From Rhodothermales bacterium (GTDB lineage Bacteria; Bacteroidota; Rhodothermia; Rhodothermales; JAHQVL01): a stretch of 62,732 nucleotides of DNA. The position numbers were made by a program, and so were the translations under genes. Numbering within the stretch: the stretch's first letter is position 1; the number at the start of each line of letters is the position of its first letter. Shown piece after piece: positions 9,111-18,470 of the stretch. Under the pieces are notes generated by a model. That model was not told the origin of the DNA, searched no databases, and was given only the letters and a program-made list of their open reading frames with translations. The stretch is from contig JAWXAX010000167.1 of NCBI GenBank assembly GCA_034439735.1, positions 1 through 62,732 of the forward strand, written 5' to 3'.

Positions 9111-11753
9111 ATGCCCTCCATCCTCCATCTCATTGAAGCCATGGACGCCGGCGGGGCTACGCGGGCGGCGTTAACGACAGCACGGGCGTCCGCGCGGCTC
9201 GGGCCGTATACGCACCGGATCGCGGGGCTCGGAGGCGTGTCGGACGAGGCGCGGGCGCTGGCGCGGGAGGCCGGCGTCGAGGTGGTGGCGCTGCCGGACA
9301 CGACGGCGCTGCACGCCGCCATCGAGGCGGCGGACGTTGTACAGATCGAGTGCTGGAATGCGCCGGCGGTGATGCAATTCGTCCGCTCGAACTTCCCGGC
9401 CTGCCGGCTGGCTGTGTGGCACCATGTGGCCGGTACCGCCGCGCCCCAGCTGATCTCCCCGGCCCTTGCGGCGATGGCGGACCTGACGATCGCCTGCAAC
9501 CCGTTCACCTTCGAAACCAACGCGATCTTCCATACGCTGCCGGAAGAAAAGAAGGCAATGGTGCTCGCGCCGGCGGACCTCGACCGGGTGAAGGATGTCG
9601 TGCCCCGGCCACACGCCGGCTTTAATGTCGGCTACATCGGTACCGTCAGCTTCGTCAAGATGCACCCCGAATACGTCCCGATGAGTGCGTCGATCCGGAT
9701 TCCGGATGTGCGCTTTGTCGTCTGCGGCAACGGGATCCAGGAGCAACTCCGCCAACAGGCGACGGCGCTGAACGCTGCGGATCGGTTTGATTTTAAGGGG
9801 TATGTGGAGGATATCGCCGGCGTGTTGGCCACGATGGACGTCTACGGCTACCCGCTTTGCCCCGAGACCTATGCCGCGGCCGAGCTTAACCTTCAGGAGG
9901 CGATGTACGCCGGCGTGCCGCCTGTCGTTTTCCCGTACGGCGGCGTCGTCCGCCTCATCGAGCATGAACAGACCGGGCTGATTGTCGATACGCCGGCCGC
10001 CTACCGCGACGCCGTCGAACACCTCTACCATCATCCCGAAGAACGCCTGCGCCTCGGCCGCAACGCCGCGGCACACGCCCGCGCCCACTTCGGCGCGGAA
10101 AACGCGGCGGTGGCGATGAATGCCTGTTATGAGCGGCTGATGGCCCAACCGCGCCGCCACCACGCCTGGTCCGGCGGCCCCTCCCCTTCGACGGCCCATA
10201 CGCTGGCGGACTCGCTCGGAGACGAGGGCGCGGACCTGACGACGAGCCTCGCCGGCCGCTGGTCCGCCCAGGTGCTCGCCGCCGACCGCCGGATCGGGGC
10301 CGCGAGTTTCCTTATGTACAATAGCGGCTATTACCGCTATGCCCGGCATGCGCCGACCGATGGCCACCTCCGCCTCTGGTGCGGTCTCTACCTGGAGGCC
10401 AACGGCGCGTCGGCGCAGGCGATCGGCGAATACGCCGCCGCGTTCCAGGCCGGGCTCCAGGACATCCGCCTCCAGTGGTATTTCGCGCGGACGCTCCGCG
10501 CCATGGGCGAACACGACAAGGCGCGGCCGATTTACGAGCGCCTCCGGGCCGGCGTGCAGGGGTTCGATGCGATGACGGGTGACGATGCGTATCGGCCGAA
10601 GCCGGCCGTCGCCGGAGCCCCGCCCCGGGTGACGGCGCTGGTATCGACTTACAACGCCGAGGCGTTTATCCAGGGTTGTATGGAAAACCTCGTAGGCCAG
10701 ACCCTTTTCGCAAAAGGCGGGCTCGAAATCGTCGTCGTCGACGCCGCGAGTCCCCAGAACGAACGGGCGGTTGTCGAGGCCTTCCAGCGCCGGCACGAGC
10801 GCATCCGCTACGTGCGTACGCCGGCGCGCGAGCCCCTTTACGCGAGCTGGAACCGCGGCATCGGGATGGCGGCCGGCAGCTACCTGACCAGCGCCAACAC
10901 CGACGACCGCCACCGCGCGGACGCCCTGGAGGTCATGGCCGATCTCCTGGACGAAAGCCCCGACATCGCCCTGGTGTATCCGGGCCAGATCGACACCAGC
11001 GTCCCGAATGAGACGTTTGTTACCACGTCCTCGAAGAAGCGCCTCGACTGGCCGGTGTACTCCTATCGCGAACTCGAGCGTCACTGCATCATCGGCTCCC
11101 AGCCGATGTGGCGGAAGCGGCTGCATGACGATTACGGGTTGTTTCGGGAGGAGTTGATCTCGGCCGGCGACTACGAGTTCTGGCTCCGTGTCGGCAAACA
11201 CGAGCCGTTTTACCGGTATCCGGGGACGCTGGGGCTGTATTATCGGAACCCCGCCGGCATCGAACACGGCGCGGCGACGGGCAAACGCGAGACGATCCGG
11301 ATCTGGGAGGAATACGGGATGTTCGACCGCGGCGTGTTGACGATCCTCGATGGCCAGCTCTTCTCCCGGGCGCACATCCAGCGGTATTTCCCGGAAGGAG
11401 GATACACGCCGGCGAAGACCCTCCCCGAGTACATCACCCGGTTCCAGGAAAGCCTCTCCCGCCGCGACCTAGCGCTGGCCACACGCATCGCCGACGAGGC
11501 CGTGAACGCTTTCCCGCGCGCGCCGTATCCGTTTGTGCTCCGCGCCATTTCATCGCGGATGCAGGGCCAGTTCGGGCCGGCGATCGAGGCGCTGGAGGCC
11601 TCGTTGAAGCTGGAGGAAAGCCCCGAGGCGCTGTACGAACTCATCCAGACCTCCCTCGCCACCGAACACCACACCGAGGCCCGCCGCGCCGGCGATTACC
11701 TCAAGCAGCGCTTCCCCGATTGGGCCGCGATGGTGGAAAAAATGGCGTTGTAA
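9111..11753 (+). CDS. Multidomain glycosyltransferase: GT4 + TPR + GT2 + TPR
   Basis: MDAGGATRA and ELNLQEAMYAGVPPV (GT4); VSTYNAEAFI, VVDAAS, NTDDR, GDYEFWLR (GT2); helical repeats between and after. Start moved to ATG 9111 because the upstream in-frame part is repeat DNA. Confidence 0.85.
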   Translation: MPSILHLIEAMDAGGATRAALTTARASARLGPYTHRIAGLGGVSDEARALAREAGVEVVALPDTTALHAAIEAADVVQIECWNAPAVMQFVRSNFPACRLAVWHHVAGTAAPQLISPALAAMADLTIACNPFTFETNAIFHTLPEEKKAMVLAPADLDRVKDVVPRPHAGFNVGYIGTVSFVKMHPEYVPMSASIRIPDVRFVVCGNGIQEQLRQQATALNAADRFDFKGYVEDIAGVLATMDVYGYPLCPETYAAAELNLQEAMYAGVPPVVFPYGGVVRLIEHEQTGLIVDTPAAYRDAVEHLYHHPEERLRLGRNAAAHARAHFGAENAAVAMNACYERLMAQPRRHHAWSGGPSPSTAHTLADSLGDEGADLTTSLAGRWSAQVLAADRRIGAASFLMYNSGYYRYARHAPTDGHLRLWCGLYLEANGASAQAIGEYAAAFQAGLQDIRLQWYFARTLRAMGEHDKARPIYERLRAGVQGFDAMTGDDAYRPKPAVAGAPPRVTALVSTYNAEAFIQGCMENLVGQTLFAKGGLEIVVVDAASPQNERAVVEAFQRRHERIRYVRTPAREPLYASWNRGIGMAAGSYLTSANTDDRHRADALEVMADLLDESPDIALVYPGQIDTSVPNETFVTTSSKKRLDWPVYSYRELERHCIIGSQPMWRKRLHDDYGLFREELISAGDYEFWLRVGKHEPFYRYPGTLGLYYRNPAGIEHGAATGKRETIRIWEEYGMFDRGVLTILDGQLFSRAHIQRYFPEGGYTPAKTLPEYITRFQESLSRRDLALATRIADEAVNAFPRAPYPFVLRAISSRMQGQFGPAIEALEASLKLEESPEALYELIQTSLATEHHTEARRAGDYLKQRFPDWAAMVEKMAL

Positions 11754-11774
11754 AGCCGATCCACGCCCCATCAC

Positions 11775-11858
11775 GTAGGTCGGGTTAGCGAAGCGTAACC
11801 CGGCGCTTGCTCCACGCTCCCTCGACCCCAATCGAAGCAAGGCGTAACCCGGCGTTAC
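11775..11858. repeat. GTAG-type REP palindrome plus a partial second copy
   Basis: GTAGGTCGGGTTAGCGAAGCGTAACCCGGC, with GCGTAACCCGGCG repeated near 11842; lies between convergent genes. Confidence 0.65.
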
Positions 11859-11870
11859 AAAATTCGCATT

Positions 11871-12374
11871 TCAATCCGCCAGACGCAGTTCAAATGGATT
11901 CGACACCCTGGATTCCAGCGGGGCCGGATAAAATTCCTCGGGTTGAGTGTACACCATCAGGCGAAGCCGAAACGTCCCTTCGATTGGGCCGACGAATTCC
12001 GGGCCGCAGTTCTGGTCCGGCAAACATGCATTGATCTCCCCCTCCAAGTCGATTGAAGCGCCAGGCATCAACTTCTTACGCGGACGATTGCACATCAATA
12101 TGTGGATGGGCGAATACACCATGACCCAGGTATCGTCTTGTTTGCGCACTAACGACGTAGATGTGGTGTGACAGCCAGGCAAAAAGACGGCGTCGAAAGA
12201 CGTGTTCGTAAACACCGACGGGATAGCTACATAGAGAAACCGCCGGCTATCTTCTCCGATGACGACCTCATAGCTGGCTTGCGACGTTTGAATCGCGTAG
12301 TCTTGCGCGAGAGTGACCAGCACCCAGGGAGTGGTCAGGAGCGATACGAGCAGTGAATGAGCGAGAAATCGCAT
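11871..12374 (-). CDS. Secreted hypothetical protein, beta-rich (possibly Ig-like), 4 Cys
   Basis: Signal-peptide-like N-terminus; 167 aa ORF, visibly lower GC than its neighbours. Confidence 0.6.
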   Translation of the reverse strand: MRFLAHSLLVSLLTTPWVLVTLAQDYAIQTSQASYEVVIGEDSRRFLYVAIPSVFTNTSFDAVFLPGCHTTSTSLVRKQDDTWVMVYSPIHILMCNRPRKKLMPGASIDLEGEINACLPDQNCGPEFVGPIEGTFRLRLMVYTQPEEFYPAPLESRVSNPFELRLAD

Positions 12375-12577
12375 AAGACTGATTTAATGTCAATCGAAAG
12401 CCCGATCGTTAGACCGTAATTCGAGTTCGAGAAAACCGGCCGCCAATACGCCATGAAGTTGCGGTGTGCCGCCGAGTGGTGTGAACACTAAAAACGCGTT
12501 GTCAGCTTAAACACACCACTCGTCGCCATCCATTTAAGCACTTCAGAAAAGGTTGAAAAAAGCTGTTTCTCCCGTCT

Positions 12578-12730
12578 CGTCTTCCCCAACTCGATTGGGG
12601 ATCCAAGCCATTCATGCAGCATTGCATGGATCCCCGCTTTCGCGAGGACGACGAACCTGGAGAATAGCGACATTGCAAAGAGTGGAAACCCACTAAAAAT
12701 CAGCATTGCGCAAATCCCAACAGTTTTTTA
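12578..12730. repeat. CGTC-type REP pair followed by the end motif of the 8.9 kb element
   Basis: CGTCTTCCCCAACTCGATTGGGGATCCA / TGGATCCCCGCTTTCGCGAGGACGACG; GCAAATCCCAACAGTTT at 12710. Confidence 0.65.
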
Positions 12731-12902
12731 TTCCCCCTCGACCACAAACGGCACCGAGCGCACCCAATCGCCCTCAGAACGTTTGTCCCTTGAAACCCTC
12801 AAGGCGAAACGATACACGCCGGCAGGTGCATGCGTAATCCGGATGACTTGCGAGATAGGATCCGAGAGTCATAACACACCAAATCAACCGGCGCCCCCCT
12901 TC

Positions 12903-13607
12903 TCACTCGGCCGGCGACAGCTGCGTGATCGGCGTTAGCGCCACCTTCCGGAACTCCACCTCCGCCCCTTCCGCCTGGAGCGCGATCTGCCCGCGGTCGA
13001 CCGTGGCGTTGAAGCCGTCGTTGACCAGGTCCCCGTTCAGCCAGACCCGCAGCGTGTTGCCCACGGTCTCGATCGTCATGGCATTCCATTCGCCGACCGG
13101 TCGCTCCGAACCGTCGGTGAGGTTGAGGATACGGCGGGCTTTGCCCTCGGTGATCCCCCATTCGGCGCGTGGCCCGCGCCGGGCCTCCATGTCCGGCACT
13201 TCGATGTCCTCGACGATCACCCAGAAGTCGCCGGCGTTTTCATGCAGCATCTGGACCTCGATGGACTTCGGAAACATCGCGTACAGGGCCCGAGGTGTCG
13301 AGGCGTGGACGAGCGCGCCGCAGTTGCCGGGTTCGCCGGCGAAGCGGTATTCGATTTCGAGCCGGTAGTTCTGGTGCACGTCATCCGTGATGAGATGGCC
13401 TTCCGGCGTGCCGGCGCTGACGAGCAGGCCGTCGCGCACGAAGAACGGGTTCTCGACGGCGCTTGTGTCCATCGCCGGGATGTCGATGTGCCAACCCGTC
13501 AGGTCGCGCCCGTTGAAGAGTGCGCGCGACTCGGGAGGGGCTTCGCAGCCGGCGGCGACGAGGAGGAGTACCAGGATGCCGGCTGGTTTTAAAAGGATGT
13601 TGTGCAT
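12903..13607 (-). CDS. DUF1080 (3-keto-disaccharide hydrolase-like) lipoprotein
   Basis: Lipobox-like VAAGC; LFNGRDLTGW, GEWNAMTI, VWLNGDLVN, GQIALQAEGAEVEFRK. Confidence 0.85.
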   Translation of the reverse strand: MHNILLKPAGILVLLLVAAGCEAPPESRALFNGRDLTGWHIDIPAMDTSAVENPFFVRDGLLVSAGTPEGHLITDDVHQNYRLEIEYRFAGEPGNCGALVHASTPRALYAMFPKSIEVQMLHENAGDFWVIVEDIEVPDMEARRGPRAEWGITEGKARRILNLTDGSERPVGEWNAMTIETVGNTLRVWLNGDLVNDGFNATVDRGQIALQAEGAEVEFRKVALTPITQLSPAE

Positions 13608-13631
13608 GGTGATGGTGACAAATGTGTGTGT

Positions 13632-13660
13632 GTAGAGATGCTCCACAGGAGCGTCTCTAC
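13632..13660. repeat. GTAG-type REP palindrome
   Basis: GTAGAGATGCTCC-ACA-GGAGCGTCTCTAC. Confidence 0.65.
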
Positions 13661-13701
13661 GAAATGGGTGCGGGCCGGCAATGAGCACATAAAACCCAAC
13701 G

Positions 13702-14082
13702 TCATCGCTTTTTCGCCGCCTTCCTTTCCAGGTTCTCGTGGAGGCGGGCGGCGGCGATGCGGGCGATGAGGTCGTACGGGATGGGTTCGCTCAAGGGCAG
13801 CTGGAGGTTGCCCTTTTCGCCGCGGTACCGGGCGATGTCCTTCTGGAGCTGCGCATCCCCTTTTACCGGAGGAAAGATGCCGATGTGTTTTTTAAACGCC
13901 GCGTAGTAGATCACCATACCATGTTGGGCGAAAGCCGGCATGCCGTAGCTGATCTTTTCGTCTGCTTCGGGAAGGGCTTTGCGCACCGTTGCCTGTAAGG
14001 TCCGCAGGATCTCCTGGATGTCGGGCGGGAAGCCGGCGATGTAGGCGTCGACGGTGGCGGGTTTGACGGGGGGTTCGTTCAT
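13702..14082 (-). CDS. DUF1801/YdhG-like protein
   Basis: TVDAYIAGFP, EKISYGMPAF, YAAFKKHIGIFP, KGNLQLPLSEPIPYDLI. Confidence 0.85.
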   Translation of the reverse strand: MNEPPVKPATVDAYIAGFPPDIQEILRTLQATVRKALPEADEKISYGMPAFAQHGMVIYYAAFKKHIGIFPPVKGDAQLQKDIARYRGEKGNLQLPLSEPIPYDLIARIAAARLHENLERKAAKKR

Positions 14083-14111
14083 AGGGATTTTGATAGATGA
14101 GCTGGTGGCCC

Positions 14112-15518
14112 TCAGAGCATCCATTCAAACGGGAGGAGCGCCAGCAGACGCACCTTCAGACGCCGGAATGCGGTTGTACCCGGTTCGATGGTATGGCGTT
14201 TCTTGCCCTCGGGAGTCCATTCGAGCCACTCGAGCCGGCCCTCCGGCGTGAGGTAGACCTCGTAGGCCGTGAGGGCAAACTCGGCGTCGAACACATGGCT
14301 AAGCCGGCGCGCGAGGTCAGGGCTATCCAGCAACAGCCCCATTTCCGTGTTAAACCGCGCGGACCGGGGGTCGAAGTTAAACGATCCCACGAACACATGC
14401 CGGTCGTCCAGCGCAAACGTCTTGGCGTGGAGGCTGGCGGCGGAACTGCCGCCGATGGACTCATGCGCACCGGTGGTATCGCCCCACCCGCGTTTGAGTT
14501 CAAACAATTGAACCCCGGCGCGGAGCAGCGCCTTGCGGCGTTTGGCGTAGCCGGCATGGACGGCCGTGACGTCCGTTGATTCCAGCGAGTTGGTGAGGAC
14601 GCGAACCTGGACGCCACGTTCGGACAGCCTCTTCAGCGTCGCCGTTCCCGCCGCCATCGGCACGAAGTAGGCCGACACCAGATCGAGGCGACGCACCGGT
14701 GAACCGATGTGTTCGAGCAGCTGTGTCAGGAGCAGCACCTCGGGGTGCTCATCGTGTCCCAGCGTTTTGAGAGGATCGTCGTAGAGGAGGTGGGCTTCTG
14801 TCCAGATCCATGCTCGTTTGCCCTCCTCCAATTCGGTCAAGATAGGCGTCTCGTAGAGGGCTTGCATGTAACCGGTCGAATCTGGATCCATCCGATTGGC
14901 CGTAAACTGATCCAACAGCCGCTCGCCCTCGGCCGGGCCGGCCGGCGGGACAAGCCGGGAGATGGGCGCGGCCAGGGTGCTGGTCCAGTAGAGGTCGAAC
15001 ATCGTCCCCGCTTCTTCCACTACCGCCCCGATCGCCAGCACATCGAGGTCGGTGAACGCCATTCCATCCCCCTCGGCGTAGTATTCGTTGCCCACGTTTC
15101 GGCCGCCAGTCACTATCGCCTTTCCGTCCACCGTGAGCGACTTGTTGTGCATCCTCCGATTGGAGCGCCAGAAATCCGTCAGCGCGTTCATATAACGCAG
15201 CTTGCGCCAGCGGAGCGGATTGTAGATGCGGACCTCGATGTTCGGGTGGGTGTCTAGCCCGGCGAGGGTAGGGTCGAGTTCCTCCGTGGTGCCGTCGTCT
15301 AGCAGGAGCCGGACGCGAACACCGCGCTCGGCGGCGCGCCACAACGCCTCGAACAGAAGGAGGCCCGATTGGTCTCCACGCCAGATGTAATAGAGGGCGT
15401 CGATCGTGTCCTGCGCCGCATCCACCAGTTGGTGGAGGGCAACGAAGGCCTGACGGGGGCCCGCAAGCGGGAAGATCCCCGTCTGGCCGGCGTGTTCGGT
15501 GGTAGCCGTGGAAAACAT
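14112..15518 (-). CDS. Phospholipase D family protein (cardiolipin synthase ClsC/YmdC-like)
   Basis: Two HKD motifs, RMHNKSLTVD and LHAKTFALD; GSFNFDPRSARFNTEMG. Confidence 0.9.
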   Translation of the reverse strand: MFSTATTEHAGQTGIFPLAGPRQAFVALHQLVDAAQDTIDALYYIWRGDQSGLLLFEALWRAAERGVRVRLLLDDGTTEELDPTLAGLDTHPNIEVRIYNPLRWRKLRYMNALTDFWRSNRRMHNKSLTVDGKAIVTGGRNVGNEYYAEGDGMAFTDLDVLAIGAVVEEAGTMFDLYWTSTLAAPISRLVPPAGPAEGERLLDQFTANRMDPDSTGYMQALYETPILTELEEGKRAWIWTEAHLLYDDPLKTLGHDEHPEVLLLTQLLEHIGSPVRRLDLVSAYFVPMAAGTATLKRLSERGVQVRVLTNSLESTDVTAVHAGYAKRRKALLRAGVQLFELKRGWGDTTGAHESIGGSSAASLHAKTFALDDRHVFVGSFNFDPRSARFNTEMGLLLDSPDLARRLSHVFDAEFALTAYEVYLTPEGRLEWLEWTPEGKKRHTIEPGTTAFRRLKVRLLALLPFEWML

Positions 15519-15526
15519 GGGCTGCA

Positions 15527-15597
15527 GGGTTTAAGGTTCGGGGTTTAAGGTTCAAAGACGCTCATTCATAGAACCTTGAACTTTTTAACCTTAAACC
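15527..15597. repeat. Inverted heptamer-repeat array (GGTTTAA/GGTTCAA versus TTGAACC/TTAAACC)
   Basis: Fills the gap between the SnoaL-like gene stop and the PLD start. Confidence 0.7.
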
Positions 15598-15599
15598 GT

Positions 15600-15968
15600 T
15601 CATCCCATGTGGTAGAAGTACTCTTCCCGCACGATTTTCCCGTTTTTGACCTGGAAGAGCCCGACCTCATCCATCTGCATCCGCCGGCCCGACGGTTTGT
15701 GGGTGATGTCGTACTGGAAGCCGACGATGAACCGGTCGTCGTGCGGCCACGGGCCAGTGACCGTGGCGGAATGGACGTCGTGATTGGCCACCCACCAGGC
15801 GGATTTGGCGCGGATGGCTTCGAGGCCGCGGGCTTCCCGCTCGGATCCCGGCGGCGCGCCGGCTTCGACGCTCATGGCGTCTTCCGCGAAGAGGGTGTTA
15901 ATGGCTTCGAGATTTTGACCCTGCCGGCAGAGGTCGGCCAGTTTGCGGGCAATGTCGAGGGTGGACAT
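15600..15968 (-). CDS. SnoaL-like / NTF2-family protein
   Basis: LFAEDAMSVEA, GLEAIRAK, EVGLFQVKNGKIVREEYFY. Confidence 0.8.
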   Translation of the reverse strand: MSTLDIARKLADLCRQGQNLEAINTLFAEDAMSVEAGAPPGSEREARGLEAIRAKSAWWVANHDVHSATVTGPWPHDDRFIVGFQYDITHKPSGRRMQMDEVGLFQVKNGKIVREEYFYHMG

Positions 15969-16098
15969 GGAGGCTACCTGCTATGGGTTGAACGGACCGA
16001 CAAGGACGGAGCCGGCGGCGATATACGCAAGGGGGAGATGGTAACGTCATGGAAACATAGCCCGGGCTCCTGTACGATGTAACGCCGAGGGCGCTCCC

Positions 16099-18054
16099 TC
16101 ACTCCATCTCCGGCGTCGCAGGCTTGTCGGCGAGGAGATGGTAGGTTTCGCTGGCTTTTTTGAACGTTTCGTGGTCGTCCAGTTGCCGGGCAGCGTGGGC
16201 GAGGGCGAGCCAGATGTCGGGGTCTTCCGGGAGGCGCCCGGTGGCATCCCGGAGCAGATCGAGCGCTTCGGCATGCCGGCCGGTATCCATGTAGAGCTTG
16301 CCGAGGCTGGTGAGAACCGCCGGCTCGTATGGCGCCTGGAGCCGGGCCTGTTCGAAGGCATTTAGGGCTGCTTCGCGATTTCCCGCGCGGAGGCGGATGA
16401 GGCCAAGGCGCACGAGCACCGTGAGCGGGGCGTGGGTTTCGTCGAACGAGGCAGAGAAGCGCTCGAGAAGTCGGGCGGATTCCTCCGTTCGGCCGGCCAT
16501 CGTCAGGATATCGTACAACTCCCACACCGGCTGGGCGTGCCGCGGAAAGACGCGCGCCAGTTCGCGCACCAGCGCTTCCGCCTCGGCCGGCTGAGCCGTT
16601 CGCAGCCTCCGCACAGCCCGGACCCCCTCCACCAGGCGCTCCTGTTCGGCCGTCTTCATGGCCGCGCAGGCCGCGATAATGTCCGGCATAGGCTCATCCC
16701 AGGCGTGGGCGTCGAGGCTGGCGCCCTGCCGGCACAACGCCAGCACAAGCCGCGCCAGCCGCTCGGCCGCGAGGCCGTCGGCGCTGTGGTTCACATCGGC
16801 CAGATGCTGGTTCTGGCGTTGGACGACGGCGCGCGCCCTGCCGGGGTCGGCCAGTAAGGATTCAATGGCCGCGGTCAGGTCGGGCAGCCGGCGCACCACC
16901 AGCGGGCCCACCAGCCCCTCGTGCGCGAGCGCGGCTTCGGGATCCATCGTCACCGCAATCACAGGGCGACGCCGAAGCATGGACTCGACTACGGCGTGCG
17001 AGGATTCGAGGCAGACGACCATATCCGCCGCCCGCACCGCATCGCCGTTCGAGCATCGCACGAGATAGACATCCCCATAGCCTTCTTCATCCAGCCACTT
17101 CTCGTAGTGTTTGCCCAGGCCGGCCACATCGGCGCCGGCGGCCACAAGGAGAGCCTCATCCTCCGCGGCCGGCTCGACGATCAGCTGGCACCCGCCCTGC
17201 ACGGCCCGGGTCGCTTGCAGAGCGGCTATGTGCAGCGCCATGGAAAAGCGGAAGCGCCGTGCAAAATCCGCCGACACGCCTTCAAACGGAGGCACCCGGA
17301 GGAGGATCACCGGGCGGTCCGGCGGCATCCCGAGCCGTAGTCGGGCCTCGTGCTTCTGCGTCCGTTGCTCATTTCCGCCCGCCCCGGGCTCCGCCTTTCC
17401 GGGCCAGCCCGTCACAAACACCTGGTCGGACGCTACGCCGGCCGCGACGAGTCGGTCGCGGTCGAGCCGGCTTCCCACCGCGGCGAAATCGGCAAACAGT
17501 GCCGGCTCCGCCACGGCCTCGAGGCCGCTGCCGTACCACCACTCGCCCAGGGCCAGCGTCGGCACCTGTGCTTCGCGGGCGAAATGGACCACCGCGCGCG
17601 AAGCGTCCGAATGGTCGTCGCCAACGACGATGAGGCGGACATCATACGCGTGCAGGACGCGTTTGAGGGTGTCGATTGCCAGCACCTGCTGCTCCAGCCG
17701 GCGGAGGAGCGAACGGAAGAACGGTTGCCCCACCTCGTGGAGCAACCCGCCGTCCGTCGAAGCGGCTCCGGGCGCCACCTCCGCGATCTTCATCAGTGTC
17801 AGGAGGGCGTTCACGCGCCGCGTGCTTTCGACGGCGGCGCGCTCGCGCAAGGGTAGCGAGGCAAAGGCGTGCCAGTCGATGCATGGGATGCCGGCCGCAT
17901 GCGCCGCATGCAGCGTCGGGCGGTCGCGCAGGGCGTCCGCTTCTTTGAGGATGGGCACATAGCCGGCTTCGGAGGCCGCCCGGAGCACCGACATGTACGC
18001 GTTCGCCACGCCGCTCGTCTCGTAGAACACGACGCCTTTTTTCATCTCACGCAT
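16099..18054 (-). CDS. GT-B-like protein (CDP-glycerol transferase/CMP-ulosonate transferase-like) with C-terminal TPRs
   Basis: AREAQVPTL, ADFAAVGS, VFVTGWP, ADMVVCLESSHAVVESMLRRRPVI, DGLAAERLA; TPR consensus in the last ~170 aa. Confidence 0.65.
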   Translation of the reverse strand: MREMKKGVVFYETSGVANAYMSVLRAASEAGYVPILKEADALRDRPTLHAAHAAGIPCIDWHAFASLPLRERAAVESTRRVNALLTLMKIAEVAPGAASTDGGLLHEVGQPFFRSLLRRLEQQVLAIDTLKRVLHAYDVRLIVVGDDHSDASRAVVHFAREAQVPTLALGEWWYGSGLEAVAEPALFADFAAVGSRLDRDRLVAAGVASDQVFVTGWPGKAEPGAGGNEQRTQKHEARLRLGMPPDRPVILLRVPPFEGVSADFARRFRFSMALHIAALQATRAVQGGCQLIVEPAAEDEALLVAAGADVAGLGKHYEKWLDEEGYGDVYLVRCSNGDAVRAADMVVCLESSHAVVESMLRRRPVIAVTMDPEAALAHEGLVGPLVVRRLPDLTAAIESLLADPGRARAVVQRQNQHLADVNHSADGLAAERLARLVLALCRQGASLDAHAWDEPMPDIIAACAAMKTAEQERLVEGVRAVRRLRTAQPAEAEALVRELARVFPRHAQPVWELYDILTMAGRTEESARLLERFSASFDETHAPLTVLVRLGLIRLRAGNREAALNAFEQARLQAPYEPAVLTSLGKLYMDTGRHAEALDLLRDATGRLPEDPDIWLALAHAARQLDDHETFKKASETYHLLADKPATPEME

Positions 18055-18466
18055 CCCCCTTGGCCTCTCGCCGATGCAGCGCCCACATGAAATACGGGAA
18101 GGATCCTTCCTCCAACAACTCGGCCAGCGGCACGCCTTCGTAGGTCAGTACGGCCCGGGCTTCGGGATGCGCCGCCCAGGACCGGGCTTCCTCCCGCGCC
18201 GCGGCGGCACGGGCGGCAACGACGTCACGCGGCTCCTCGGACCAGTGGCGGTCGAGCGCGGCGGCAATGTCTGCCGGCGTCACCCGCCAGCCGTTGCCGC
18301 AGGTCGCGCACGTACACGCCCCGACCGGTAGGCCGGCCACCGTCGGCAACAACGCCGCGTACACCGCCTGGCACGCCGCGCATCGCACGATGAGATAGGC
18401 GGCGTGCCGGCGGGGCTCGATGCCCAGAATCGTCGCCTCGGGTGAAAAGATCTTGGCCCTGGTCAT
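18047..18466 (-). CDS. Small hypothetical protein with CxxC...CxCxxC (zinc-ribbon-like)
   Basis: RCAACQ and ACTCATCG; ATG 18466 follows the upstream stop and its own stop overlaps the next start. Confidence 0.6.
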   Translation of the reverse strand: MTRAKIFSPEATILGIEPRRHAAYLIVRCAACQAVYAALLPTVAGLPVGACTCATCGNGWRVTPADIAAALDRHWSEEPRDVVAARAAAAREEARSWAAHPEARAVLTYEGVPLAELLEEGSFPYFMWALHRREAKGDA

Positions 18467-18470
18467 GCGG

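Noticed and set aside
9171..11375. 734-aa antisense ORF, and similar ones at 5645..7225, 18420..19886, 26808..28256, 38003..39289 and 50717..52099
   Set aside because: Mirror frames of real genes; long stop-free antisense frames are expected at this GC content and show no motifs
12375..12530. Possible integron attC site (GTTAGAC at about 12408; 11-bp inverted repeat 12473-12483 / 12512-12522)
   Set aside because: No correctly spaced R''/R' pair in the orientation of the adjacent gene, and no integrase or cassette array
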